Below the pieces are notes generated by a model. It had not been told where the DNA came from. It was given only the letters and a program-made list of their open reading frames with translations, and made no database searches. The translations under genes were made by a program, and so were the position numbers. Positions 39,261 through 48,574 of a stretch of DNA of 64,000 bases are shown one piece after another. Source of the stretch: an uncultured Pseudomonadota bacterium. Its GTDB lineage: Bacteria; Desulfobacterota; Binatia; Binatales; Binataceae. The stretch covers positions 479,509 to 543,508 of the forward strand of contig CAWDWL010000005.1 in assembly GCA_963805995.1 (NCBI GenBank). The letters are read 5' to 3'. The stretch's first letter is position 1, and each line of letters begins with the position of its first letter.

Positions 39261-40424
39261 TCAGCCCTTTCCCACTTGGTTGAAAAAGGCGCGGATGTCG
39301 CCGGCCAGCAGCGCCGGTTCTTCCATCGCGGCGAAATGACCGCCGCGCGGCAGCTCGGTCCAGCGCTTGATGTTGTAAGCCTTCTCCGCGTAGTCGCGCG
39401 GCGGTCTGATCATCTCGCCGGGAAACAGCGCGATGCCGGTGGGCGCCTCGACGCGCTCGCCGGGGGCCAGACGATAAGGGCTGTGCCTGACCTCGTAGTA
39501 CAGGCGGGTGGATGAATTGATGCTCTGCGTGACCCAGTAGATCGTGATGTTGGTCAACAGTTGATCCTTGGTGAAGCGGCTCTCGACATCGCCCCCGCAA
39601 TCGCTCCAGGTGCGGAACTTCTCGACGATCCAGGCCGCCAGGCCGGCCGGCGAATCGTTAAGTCCATAGGCCAGGGTCTGCGGCTTGGTGCCCTGGATCT
39701 GCTGATAGCCGCTTTCATTGGATTGGAATTTTTTCGCCCCGTCCAGGAAGCGCTTGGCCTCCTCACCGCTACCCAGCGCCTTGCGCCCCTCCGGTGGTCC
39801 CAGGGCAACCATATTCAGATGGACGCCGATTACGCTCTTTGGATAGGCGTGGCCCACGCGCGAGGCGATGATCGAGCCCCAATCGCCACCCTGCACGCCG
39901 AAGCTCCGATAACCCAGCACTTGCGTCATCAACTCGTGGAAGATTTCCGCGATTGGCTCGATCTTCATCCCCGGCACGCGGGGATCATCGGAGAACCCAT
40001 AGCCGGGCAGCGACGGCGCCACGACGGTAAACGCGTCGCGCGCGTCGCCGCCGTGGCGCGCCGGATCGGTGAGCATCGGAATAATCTGCTGAAACTCGGC
40101 GATCGAACCCGGCCATCCGTGCAGCAGCAACAGCGGCGTCGGATTGGGACCAATGCCAGGCTGATGGATGAAGTGGATGGAACAGCCATTGATCGGCACC
40201 TTGAAATGGCTGAACGCGCCCAGGTCGCGTTCGTGCTTGCGCCAGTCGTAGCTGGTGCGCCAGTACTCGATCAGTTCCTTCAGATAGCCACGGTTGGTGC
40301 CATATTCCCATCCCGAGTCGGCGACCTCGCCTGGCAGGCGCGTGCGCGCCAGCCGCTCGCGCAGATCCGCCAGCACTTGGTCGGGAACCGCGATCGTGAA
40401 TTTCTCCACCGCCCCATGCGCCAT
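39261..40424 (-). CDS. epoxide hydrolase (microsomal EH family, N-terminal EHN domain plus alpha/beta hydrolase)
   Basis: EHN N-terminal domain and HGWPGS oxyanion-hole motif. Confidence 0.8.
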   Translation of the reverse strand: MAHGAVEKFTIAVPDQVLADLRERLARTRLPGEVADSGWEYGTNRGYLKELIEYWRTSYDWRKHERDLGAFSHFKVPINGCSIHFIHQPGIGPNPTPLLLLHGWPGSIAEFQQIIPMLTDPARHGGDARDAFTVVAPSLPGYGFSDDPRVPGMKIEPIAEIFHELMTQVLGYRSFGVQGGDWGSIIASRVGHAYPKSVIGVHLNMVALGPPEGRKALGSGEEAKRFLDGAKKFQSNESGYQQIQGTKPQTLAYGLNDSPAGLAAWIVEKFRTWSDCGGDVESRFTKDQLLTNITIYWVTQSINSSTRLYYEVRHSPYRLAPGERVEAPTGIALFPGEMIRPPRDYAEKAYNIKRWTELPRGGHFAAMEEPALLAGDIRAFFNQVGKG

Positions 40425-40437
40425 CGGTGTTCTCCTC

Positions 40438-40875
40438 TTACGCGCCCTTGCGCGCCAGCGCTTCCTTGACCAGTTCGCTGGCTAATTTACCGTCCAGCCG
40501 GGCGCCGAACTCGTCCTTGAGCGCCTTCATTAGCGGACCGATTTGGGCCACGCCCGCCGCGACCTTGGCGTCGATCGCGGCGCGGATTTCGTCGGCTCCG
40601 ACGCCGGCGGGAATGTACGCGTCCAGGATTTTGGCCTCGGCTTCGTTCTGGATAATCAGGTCCTGCCGATTTGCCTGCCGCGCGAAACCCAGCGCCTCTT
40701 CGCGGCGGGCCCGTTCGCGCTTGAGAATCTGCACAATTTCGGCTTCGTTGGCGTCGCGGCAAACGTCCTTTTCCAGGCGAGTGATCTCGGTCAAAACGCC
40801 GCGGATAGTCATGACTGTGGCCGTGTCGCGCGCCTTCATCGCCGTTTTCAGATCGTCTTGAAATCGCGCCTTCAT
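40438..40875 (-). CDS. GatB/YqeY domain protein
   Basis: Full-length YqeY-like helical protein (MKARFQDDLKTAMKARD...). Confidence 0.8.
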   Translation of the reverse strand: MKARFQDDLKTAMKARDTATVMTIRGVLTEITRLEKDVCRDANEAEIVQILKRERARREEALGFARQANRQDLIIQNEAEAKILDAYIPAGVGADEIRAAIDAKVAAGVAQIGPLMKALKDEFGARLDGKLASELVKEALARKGA

Positions 40876-40951
40876 AGCCTAACAGTACGCGATCAAAGCG
40901 CGGCCGTCCAAACACCCGGGATTCCAAAACCTCCTGGATAATCCGTTCCGT

Positions 40952-41653
40952 TCACGTGCGCGGCGCTACCGACACGTAACGGTTGCCGCGTTCGTAAAAG
41001 CGCCAGGGTTTTGCCGCCCAGGTTCCGGCGTAATCGACGTTGATTCGCGCCGAGCGGCCAATTTTGCCGGCCGGCAGGCCCGCGTCCTCCAGGTACAACT
41101 CCCCGCCGCATAAGTCGCGTCCGTAATCATCGCCGGTGATGGCCAGGGCCTGGGTCAGCTTGCCGGGACCGTTGGTGAGTTCGCGCGAACCCGCGGGTTG
41201 GTTGCGCCGCCGCGCCATCAAATCCAATCCGCGCAAGGGCTCCAGCGCCCGAATCAGGACTGCGTGGGGTTCGCCTTCCGCGGTGGTCACCAGGTTCATC
41301 GCCCAACAGGTGCCATATAGTCTAAAGACATAGGCGTGTCCGGGCGGTCCGAACATCACCGCCGTGCGCCGGGTCAATCCACGGGCGCTGTGTGCGGCCA
41401 GATCCAACGGGCCGCGATAGGCCTCCGCCTCGACGATTCGTCCCGCTGCCTCGCCTTCGGGGGTGCGATGGACCAGGACCTTTCCGACGCATTCGCGCGC
41501 GACCACCAACACCGGGCGGGCGTAAAAGTCGCGGCCAATGGTCAGCCCGTTATCGGCGCAGAAACATTGCGGCGAGCTTTTGATCCGCGATGCCCGGATT
41601 TTGATTTCCATGAGTGCCAGCATCTTGTACCCGTTTTCGAACACTTTACTCAA
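40952..41653 (-). CDS. mpg: DNA-3-methyladenine glycosylase (AAG/MPG family)
   Basis: FYARP...AEAYRG...HAYVFRLYG motifs. The start may be an internal Met (41611 or 41623). Confidence 0.8.
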   Translation of the reverse strand: MSKVFENGYKMLALMEIKIRASRIKSSPQCFCADNGLTIGRDFYARPVLVVARECVGKVLVHRTPEGEAAGRIVEAEAYRGPLDLAAHSARGLTRRTAVMFGPPGHAYVFRLYGTCWAMNLVTTAEGEPHAVLIRALEPLRGLDLMARRRNQPAGSRELTNGPGKLTQALAITGDDYGRDLCGGELYLEDAGLPAGKIGRSARINVDYAGTWAAKPWRFYERGNRYVSVAPRT

Positions 41654-41718
41654 TGCCGCCGGCGATTTCCTTTTTTACAGATTTAACCACCAATATCCGG
41701 TTATTTTGTTGAGGTGTT

Positions 41719-43191
41719 TTGGCTATGAATCAGGCGTGCAAACAGCCGCGCTACTTCCACTTGCTGTGGGACGAGGACCTCGACGAACTGCGCGAGGTGC
41801 TGGAATGCATCCGTGATCGGCGCGGTGAGGTCCTGTCCAACTGGTACAAAATCTATCTGTTGCATTTCGGCGATGAGCGCAGCCTTTCAGAAGCCGAGTT
41901 CACGCGCATCTTCGAGCCGATCCTGCTGCGCAATCAGGACGCGTTACTGCGCAAAGACATGGACAGCTATGCGGCCAGTGTGCTGCTGACCGGCAAGCAA
42001 CTGGCCCAACGGCACGTCCCGCTTGATGAGGTAATCGCCACCGTTCAGCTTTTCGAAGAAGCCGCGCAATCCGCATTCCCACACAACCCGCCGCCGTCGC
42101 TTGCGGTTTACACCAAGTTCGACAAGCTCAACCATATACGAATCATCTTGCTGGTCGGCGCCTATATGCAGGTGGATTCGGCGGCGACCGCGGCGCGAAT
42201 CCACGCGTTGGAACTCGAGGCCACGAATCTGCCCCCCGAAGAACGGACCCGCTTTCACGGACTGGTGGGCCACAGTGTCGTTATGCAGCGTCTTTATGGC
42301 CAAATCGAAGCCGCCGCACGCATCGATGGGCCGTTATTGATTGTCGGGGAACGTGAGACCGGAAAGGAACTCCTCGCCCGCGCGGTCCACGAATGCGGGT
42401 CGCGCCGCGACGCGCCTTTCGCCGTGCTGAGGTGTTCGGCCTTGCCCAGTTACCTGATCGAAAACGAACTGTTCGGCTACCAGCGCCAGGGCAACAACGG
42501 CGGTCCCGGGCTGTATCTCGGCTTATACAAAACCACCGAGGGCGGAACTCTCTTCCTGCGTGAGATTACCGCACTACCCTCTGACGTTCAGTTGCGGCTG
42601 GTGCGAACCATTAAAGCGGCCGTAGCCGCTGACGCACGGAGCAAGGTCAGAATCGTGGCCTCGATTAGCTGCGACCCGCGGGAGGCCATCGGATCAGGCC
42701 AGCTGCGCGAGGACTTTTATCGATGCTTCCAGGATCACATGCTGTCAATGCCACCACTTCGGCAGCGCCTCATCGATCTTCCCCTGCTCACGAGGCATTT
42801 TATCGACCTGCTCAATGGACGGATGATCCGCAGGAACGCCGTGATTGGAATCGATGATGCGGCGCTCGACGCGATGGAGCGCTACTCCTGGCCGGGTAAT
42901 GTCAATGAGCTGCATGATGCAGTCGAGAGCGCGTTCGCATACGGGCGTTCGCCGATGATTGGGCTCGGTGATTTACCCGAGGGAATCAGCGGGATCAGCA
43001 GCCAGGCCAAGCCCTTGCCGACGATCTCGTTTGAAACCTTTGCCGACGCCGAATGCGCCATCCTGAAGCGTGCCCTACAGATCACCGGAGGCAACAAGGT
43101 CCGCGCCGCGAAACTGCTGAAAATCTCGCGCAAGAAGCTCTACAGCGGTATCGCGAAATACGGCATCAATTCCGCCAGCGCATTAGTCTGA
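41719..43191 (+). CDS. sigma-54-interaction-domain (AAA+) Fis-family regulator with a degenerate GAFTGA loop and an uncharacterised N-terminal domain
   Basis: Walker A GERETGKE, Walker B, and a C-terminal Fis helix-turn-helix RAAKLLKISRKKLY. The position of GAFTGA reads GYQRQGNNGGPG. Confidence 0.8.
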   Translation: MAMNQACKQPRYFHLLWDEDLDELREVLECIRDRRGEVLSNWYKIYLLHFGDERSLSEAEFTRIFEPILLRNQDALLRKDMDSYAASVLLTGKQLAQRHVPLDEVIATVQLFEEAAQSAFPHNPPPSLAVYTKFDKLNHIRIILLVGAYMQVDSAATAARIHALELEATNLPPEERTRFHGLVGHSVVMQRLYGQIEAAARIDGPLLIVGERETGKELLARAVHECGSRRDAPFAVLRCSALPSYLIENELFGYQRQGNNGGPGLYLGLYKTTEGGTLFLREITALPSDVQLRLVRTIKAAVAADARSKVRIVASISCDPREAIGSGQLREDFYRCFQDHMLSMPPLRQRLIDLPLLTRHFIDLLNGRMIRRNAVIGIDDAALDAMERYSWPGNVNELHDAVESAFAYGRSPMIGLGDLPEGISGISSQAKPLPTISFETFADAECAILKRALQITGGNKVRAAKLLKISRKKLYSGIAKYGINSASALV

Positions 43192-43457
43192 CGGCCTCTC
43201 GAACGATAAAACGATAACCTTCTCGAACTATAAACGAGGACCAAGGCCGTCGTACCCCGGCCATTGGTTAGTTTTGGAGGGCCCTCGATAGCAACGGCCG
43301 CCCCCGCTTGACTCACGTCCATGCCTCGGGCCCTCCGCAGGTACGTTAAAGCAGTATCCATGCCTGCCCGAATCGCTAATCAGACGCTTCTATTCGCAAT
43401 AATCGGCCGAACTCGTACCGCTTTTCGATCAAACAGAACCGCTGCGAAACAATTAGC

Positions 43458-43643
43458 CTAAAGCGAAAATAATTCTGCGCCTTGAGCGCACGAACACCTT
43501 GGCGCAGAGGCGCTTTCTTTTCCCTCTCCTTATCCTAGGAGAGGGCCAGGGAGAGGTTACACGCTACGGTCCACGACACAGATTTCGCTTACGGCCACTG
43601 ATCTCGCGCGAAACCACTACCCAGAATTATTCTCGCTTTGAGC
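43458..43643. mobile_element. MITE-like element copy B (186 bp) with an 18-bp terminal inverted repeat AAAGCGARAATAATTCTG (17 of 18 match)
   Basis: The 5' AAAGCGAAAATAATTCTG and the reverse complement of the 3' end AAAGCGAGAATAATTCTG match, with a single mismatch. The internal module and hairpin match copy A. Confidence 0.6.
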
Positions 43644-43736
43644 TTAGAAGGCCAAAAGCTTGGCGGGGATGCATTCTATAGCTACAGCAATATGCCGGAG
43701 ATTGCTTAGGCGCGACCATATATGCACATGGTAGTG

Positions 43737-43910
43737 TTAACCGCTGCGGTTTGTCGCATCAGGTGTATCCATTCGAGACAGTTTCAACTCGGGCATCCGT
43801 GGCAGCGCGTTTGGCGCGTTCGCCATAGACGCGGGGAAGATAGCGGCGCCGCCAGGCCGACGGTCGAGCCGGAGGGCGATATGGGTGTCGAGTAAGAGGC
43901 TATCGCTCAC
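43737..43910 (-). pseudogene. truncated PIN-domain (VapC-like) toxin remnant of 57 codons
   Basis: GTG overlaps the vapB stop in a GTGA arrangement. The N-terminus VSDSLLLDTHIALRLD resembles the PIN N-terminal motif, and the ORF ends after 57 aa, where a VapC would run to about 130. Confidence 0.3.
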
Positions 43911-44161
43911 CGTTCGACTTCCCGGCCGGTCTCGGCATCGGGCTCGACCTCGAGAGCGGGCGCGATGAGGTCCACGCCTTCACGAACCCGCACCGAGCCG
44001 CGATGCGCCCCAAACAGGGAGCCCGCGCGGGCGTTCTGTTCCAGCAGGCGCCGTACGGCCAAAGCGACCGCTTCGGTCTTGTTCCCGCCAGTCAGCCGTT
44101 GGGCTGCTTCTTCGATAAGAGCCACAACCTCCGGACGGCTGATATTTACCACGTTTGCCAT
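43907..44161 (-). CDS. VapB / Rv0623-like (PSK) antitoxin-type small DNA-binding protein
   Basis: 84 aa (MANVVNISRPEVVALIEEAAQRLTGGNKTEAVALAVRRLLEQ), the typical antitoxin fold size, positioned immediately upstream of the PIN remnant. Confidence 0.5.
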   Translation of the reverse strand: MANVVNISRPEVVALIEEAAQRLTGGNKTEAVALAVRRLLEQNARAGSLFGAHRGSVRVREGVDLIAPALEVEPDAETGREVER

Positions 44162-44286
44162 GGCGCAACCTCAAGTCATTATGAAAGTACTTGTTAATGG
44201 GCCATCGCGGCAATGCAAACAGAGCCACCCTATCCCTGGCTCCGCCATAGATAAAACGCCCTGACGCGTCTATCCATTTTGGGTCC

Positions 44287-44342
44287 GGCTAACGAATAAT
44301 CGGCGGGCCATAGATGTGGTACACCATCAAGTGGACAGATGG
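44287..44342. repeat. 55-bp direct repeat R1, a displaced copy of the 3' end of the DUF420 gene
   Basis: About 87% identical to 47651-47707. On the minus strand it encodes ...[14 protein letters not shown] followed by a stop, matching the last 14 of the 17 repeat-encoded C-terminal residues of the DUF420 reading frame. Confidence 0.6.
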
Positions 44343-44548
44343 AAAATCATCAGCAAAAACTAGCTGTTTTTTGTAGCATCGCCGAAAAAGTAGCCGCCAG
44401 GTAAGCAGCCGAACGGGTCCCTCAGCCGGAATGAGCGAGCGCCAACGCGATCAGGACCAGCGCCAGGACGATCGCGGCCAGCACCCATCGGCCGGAAATG
44501 CCAGTGCCCTGACTCCAGACAGGCACCGGATGCCCTTCCCCGCCGAGC

Positions 44549-44827
44549 CTATTCCCCGATTGCCTTTCTGATGGCATCAGCGAGTTTGCGCGCGTCCTGC
44601 ACGGAAAAGGTAAACGACGAGGTGCCTTGTGCGGTGCCCCGCTCGCTAGCGTTATCGTTTTGCGTGCTGAAACTTAGCGTCACGCTTGGGCTGCCAAGCT
44701 CGGAGAATACGGCGATCTGAACCAGATACGTTTCTGCCATTTGGGGCTGGCCCGCAATGTATGCCTCAAGATGTTTCGACGGTTCGATGCAGATTACTTC
44801 CGGAACGGCGGTGACGATCTTTGTCAT
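44549..44827 (-). CDS. hypothetical protein
   Basis: 92-aa ORF with non-random composition. No family recognised. Confidence 0.3.
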   Translation of the reverse strand: MTKIVTAVPEVICIEPSKHLEAYIAGQPQMAETYLVQIAVFSELGSPSVTLSFSTQNDNASERGTAQGTSSFTFSVQDARKLADAIRKAIGE

Positions 44828-45287
44828 AACACCTCCCTATACTACGAGTCGGGCCAAAGTGCGTAGGAGATCCCGACGGTCCGGCGGATCCCGCGCCTGC
44901 CAACCGTGACATGGGCGCCGCGGATCCCGAAGCTCAGGCTCGGCCCGGAAATCGAAAAGTTGACCGAAAGGCCCGGAATGATGCGGACCCGGCGATAGAA
45001 GTGCAGGCCCATCTCACGCCGGCCGGCAATCGAAGCTTAGCGCCTGGCCGCCGCATCGCGGGCAGGCTTCCAGAGCGCAATAGAAGTGGTGAAATTGGCC
45101 CGGTCTGACGCCGCAATCGCGGCAGGCGTCTTTCCCATATCGCGGCCAGTACACGACCCGAGGATAATCCTTTGGGATTCGAGCGGGACCAGAGCCCCGC
45201 AAATTTGAGCGTGGTTACGGTGCAGCCTCCGCCAGCCCGGATAGGGATCCCGCAACAGCGCCAGAGGTTCGGACTTCGGTTTTTCGA

Positions 45288-45560
45288 TCACTTCGCACCG
45301 CGTTTTGGCCGCGGAAGTTGAGCGTTGGCCTGGACGTATTCGCGCAACGCCCGCCGGAGGACCTGGCTGACCGTTTCATCGCGAGCCTTCGCGACCCGCT
45401 CGGCTTGCGCCTTGAGCGACGGGTCGACTCTGAAAATGATATTGCTAGCGGCATGGCTCCGTATATACATTACACGACCGATGCGGCGCAACTTGGTTGA
45501 TTCCCCATTCCAAAGAGGAAGGTCGGAAATGAACCAGGGATTCATCCCCAAACCGAGCAA
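45288..45560 (-). CDS. ribbon-helix-helix (CopG/ParD-like) protein
   Basis: IFRVDPSLKAQAERVAKARDETVSQVLRRALREYV beta-strand plus two helices. The start is probably an internal Met. Confidence 0.5.
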   Translation of the reverse strand: MLGLGMNPWFISDLPLWNGESTKLRRIGRVMYIRSHAASNIIFRVDPSLKAQAERVAKARDETVSQVLRRALREYVQANAQLPRPKRGAK

Positions 45561-46401
45561 CGATAAGCGAGCGCCCAGCGGGGCAGGCAGTGAGGTTTGT
45601 TGATATGAATATCTTCGCCGAACAGGTTTGCCGCCATAGCCGCTTTTGCAACCGCGTCAGAAACCAGGTCCAGAAACGGTTGTTAAAACGCCGCCGCCGG
45701 CGCGCAGAAAAATTCGAGCCGGAAAACGCCCCAACTAAAAACCGCTATCGCGGATGGAGCGATTAGCCGAAACAGGTAAAGGCCGAACCCCCAAGAGCCC
45801 GAGCCTTTTGAACAGAGTCTCGGGGTTTTCTTTTGAGACATTCTTGCAGTTTTATGATCGATAAAACCGGCGCCTCATGATCCATAACCCGCCCCGAAAC
45901 CCACCGAGGTTATTATCGATAATCCGCCCGGAAATCGCTCGCCTGATGCCCTGCCGGTGCGCCAGGAGCCGTCCGGCGATGAGCCCGCCTATATATCGCT
46001 CGCGAAAGGCGAAAGCGAAAGGCCCGTTGAGCCCGGCCGAGCGCCGCGGGGCCGGGCACTGTCCTGAATGGGGGCTGAGTGCCCTAATTTGAACGGATGG
46101 TCTTTGTCATACCGTTGGACCTCTGTAGTTACGGCGACTGCGCCGCTCCACGATAATTATCAAGATTACAGCGGGACTCAAAATCACGTAAGCAATAAGA
46201 ATGCGTTGCCAATGGGTAAAACGCCAGCCTAAAAAGAACGCAAAAACAAACACGCCGACTATACTGAGCGCGGTGACGAGCTGGGCCGCCATCGGGGGCT
46301 TCATCGATTGTTTGTTCTGGCCGCTCATTCGCACTTGCCGCAATGCCACCTTTACAACTTCGCGTGTCCTAATTTCCAGCCCTCAGTCCTAAAGTCGGAC
46401 A

Positions 46402-46725
46402 GTGCTCGAGGCCGAAGCTAAACAGGCCGCCGCCGATGGTGGGGCTACTTCCCGGCCAAGTTTGGCCGGGAAAGTAGCCCCTGGCCGCACCGAGCGACAG
46501 GCCAAAAAAACCGGCCGGCCAGCGAAACCCGAGCCGGATGCGCTAGGCGAACTATCAGCCCTTGAGCGCGGGATGCACACCATCGGCAGGGATAACAAAG
46601 AGACCCTGCGCGAATACGCCACAAAAGCCGGCGCAAAACACGAGACGATTAAACATCAAGCACGAGCGGCCCAGGTAGCCCGCAGGGTAAACGTTTACCC
46701 GGCCGAAGCAATCGGTTTTGAATGA
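46402..46725 (+). CDS. hypothetical protein, followed by an overlapping 62-aa ORF (46718..46906)
   Basis: ORFs only. They lie in a lower-GC accessory patch. Confidence 0.25.
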   Translation: MLEAEAKQAAADGGATSRPSLAGKVAPGRTERQAKKTGRPAKPEPDALGELSALERGMHTIGRDNKETLREYATKAGAKHETIKHQARAAQVARRVNVYPAEAIGFE

Positions 46726-47650
46726 AGCGCAAGCCGCAGAGGTCCCCCGAGCGTTCGCCCACATGAGCGCACTGCAGCTAATCGAGCATTTCCGACGACT
46801 TACCGAAATCCACGCGGCGCCGCCTTGGCTATGGCCGGCGTTGGTTGCCGAGATGATCGAGCGCGAATGGACCGTCGAGCAGGCCCGCGCGCGCGAAGCC
46901 CTATGACGGCGGGGGGCTACTTTCGCCGCGGCTGCCGCGGAGAATTAGCCCCGTTAGCCTTGGCCGCGGCTTCGGCCCGAGCCGGTTTAGCGGCCGCCTG
47001 AGCCTCGGCGGCGACCCGTTTGTTTTCGGCATGTTCGACGGGACCGGAACCGGAGCCCTTCAATCCCCTAACCGGGGAATCGTCCACTGGAACTTCAAGT
47101 ACAGCCGCACTCAGGCGTTGTGCTCGAATTCTTCACTCCCATAACCGAGGAATCGTCCACTGGAACCGCGACGATTGTGCAACAAAATCCGCAGTCGTTT
47201 CCAGGCACGCGCCGGATCTTTTTCGCAAGCGCCGATTTTGCGCCCAACCCCCTCCGATTTGCGAAAACCTTCTACCGCGCGGCCGCCGGAAACGCCCCTG
47301 GGCGCCGCCGGATCCGCCGGCGCGAAACCCATTCCCCCGGATTTCGCCCAAGACCCGGCATAGGCGCCCGCCCCGCTTAGCCGGCGGTGCGGTTTTGAAG
47401 GGTCAGACCTGGCGCAACGCCGCCCGCAGGCGCTCCTCGAGCCGCTCGACCTCGGCCCGGTAGCGCAGAAAGCGCCGCATCCTCGTGTCGACTCGCGCGA
47501 TCGCGGCGCCAACCCATGCTTCCGAATGACCGACCGCAAACGCGATCAGAGTCCGGGAATACGATTGGCCAGGTATGAGCCGACCGCGAGCGCTTCGTCA
47601 TCGGCGCTCGCTCGAGCTCCGGCATCAGCGGTGCGAGGCTCGCAGCGACT

Positions 47651-47707
47651 CGGCTAACGAATAATCGGCGGGCCGTAGATGTGATAGACCATCAGGTACA
47701 CGATTAC
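47651..47707. repeat. 55-bp direct repeat R2, the native 3' coding end of the DUF420 gene
   Basis: See R1. It encodes ...[17 protein letters not shown] followed by a stop on the minus strand. Confidence 0.6.
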
Positions 47708-48090
47708 TCCGGTCACCGATACGTACATCCATATCGGCCAGGTCCAGCGGGCGATGCGGCGATGCGGTCGAAGCGCGCGCGCAGCGCGCGCGACAGGGTG
47801 ATGATTGCCAGTGGGACGGTGGTTACCGCCAGGATGATGTGCGAGATCAGAATCGTGAAGTAAACCGGTCTGACGGCGCCGCGGCCCTGAAAGCGAACGT
47901 CGCCGACCTGGATATGATAAGCGACGTAGCAGACCAGAAAAACCACGGAGACGGCGAACGCGATGAGCATGCAGATGCGATGGGCGGCGATTTGGCGCCG
48001 GCGGATGAAGTAAAAGCCCGCGCCCAGGAAGACCGCCGCGATTGCGTTGAGGCTCGCGTTTACCGTCGCCAGTAGCGGAACCGAAGACAA
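47654..48090 (-). CDS. DUF420 family membrane protein (cytochrome oxidase associated) with an apparent -1 frameshift near 47760
   Basis: Three transmembrane helices in the 47713..48090 ORF. The fourth helix ([24 protein letters not shown]) continues in the -1 frame to a stop at 47654. Adding a single base after ...RFDR restores a reading ...[16 protein letters not shown]. Confidence 0.55.
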
Positions 48091-48141
48091 ATTGGCTACC
48101 TGCTCAGGTAGACGCTGATACCGACATCGGAGACGCCAAGC

Positions 48142-48507
48142 TCAGAAATTTTTGTTGGGGTTGGGACCGGAAACATCCTTACCCAGCGCATGCTCCATCT
48201 TCACGACTTCGCCCATGTGGTGGCGCGCATAGATCCTGGTGGAAAGGTCCGGCACCAGCATCAAGGTGAGAAACGTGACCAGGATGATGGGGATGCAGGC
48301 GATCACCGCCAGGGTGCGCCGCTCGAAGCGCAGATGCATGAAATACATCGCGACGAGCACGGCCTTGGCCCAAGCCAGCCCAACCAGCAATCCCACCATC
48401 GCGGCCTTTGGAATCGGCGCATAGGCGACGATCAATTCCAGTACGGTGAGAAGTCCAAGATAGACCCAAATCGCTATATAGTTCGGCTCGGCGTGATCCG
48501 CCATCAT
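48142..48507 (-). CDS. cytochrome c oxidase subunit IV (bacterial CoxD-like, 3 transmembrane helices)
   Basis: MMADHAEPNYIAIWVYLGLL... small hydrophobic subunit located after subunit III. Confidence 0.6.
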   Translation of the reverse strand: MMADHAEPNYIAIWVYLGLLTVLELIVAYAPIPKAAMVGLLVGLAWAKAVLVAMYFMHLRFERRTLAVIACIPIILVTFLTLMLVPDLSTRIYARHHMGEVVKMEHALGKDVSGPNPNKNF

Positions 48508-48574
48508 GGCCGGTGAAACTGCCCCTGCTTCGCTGCTCATCGTTAAAAAAACCCCGCTCCCCGGTTGCACCAAT

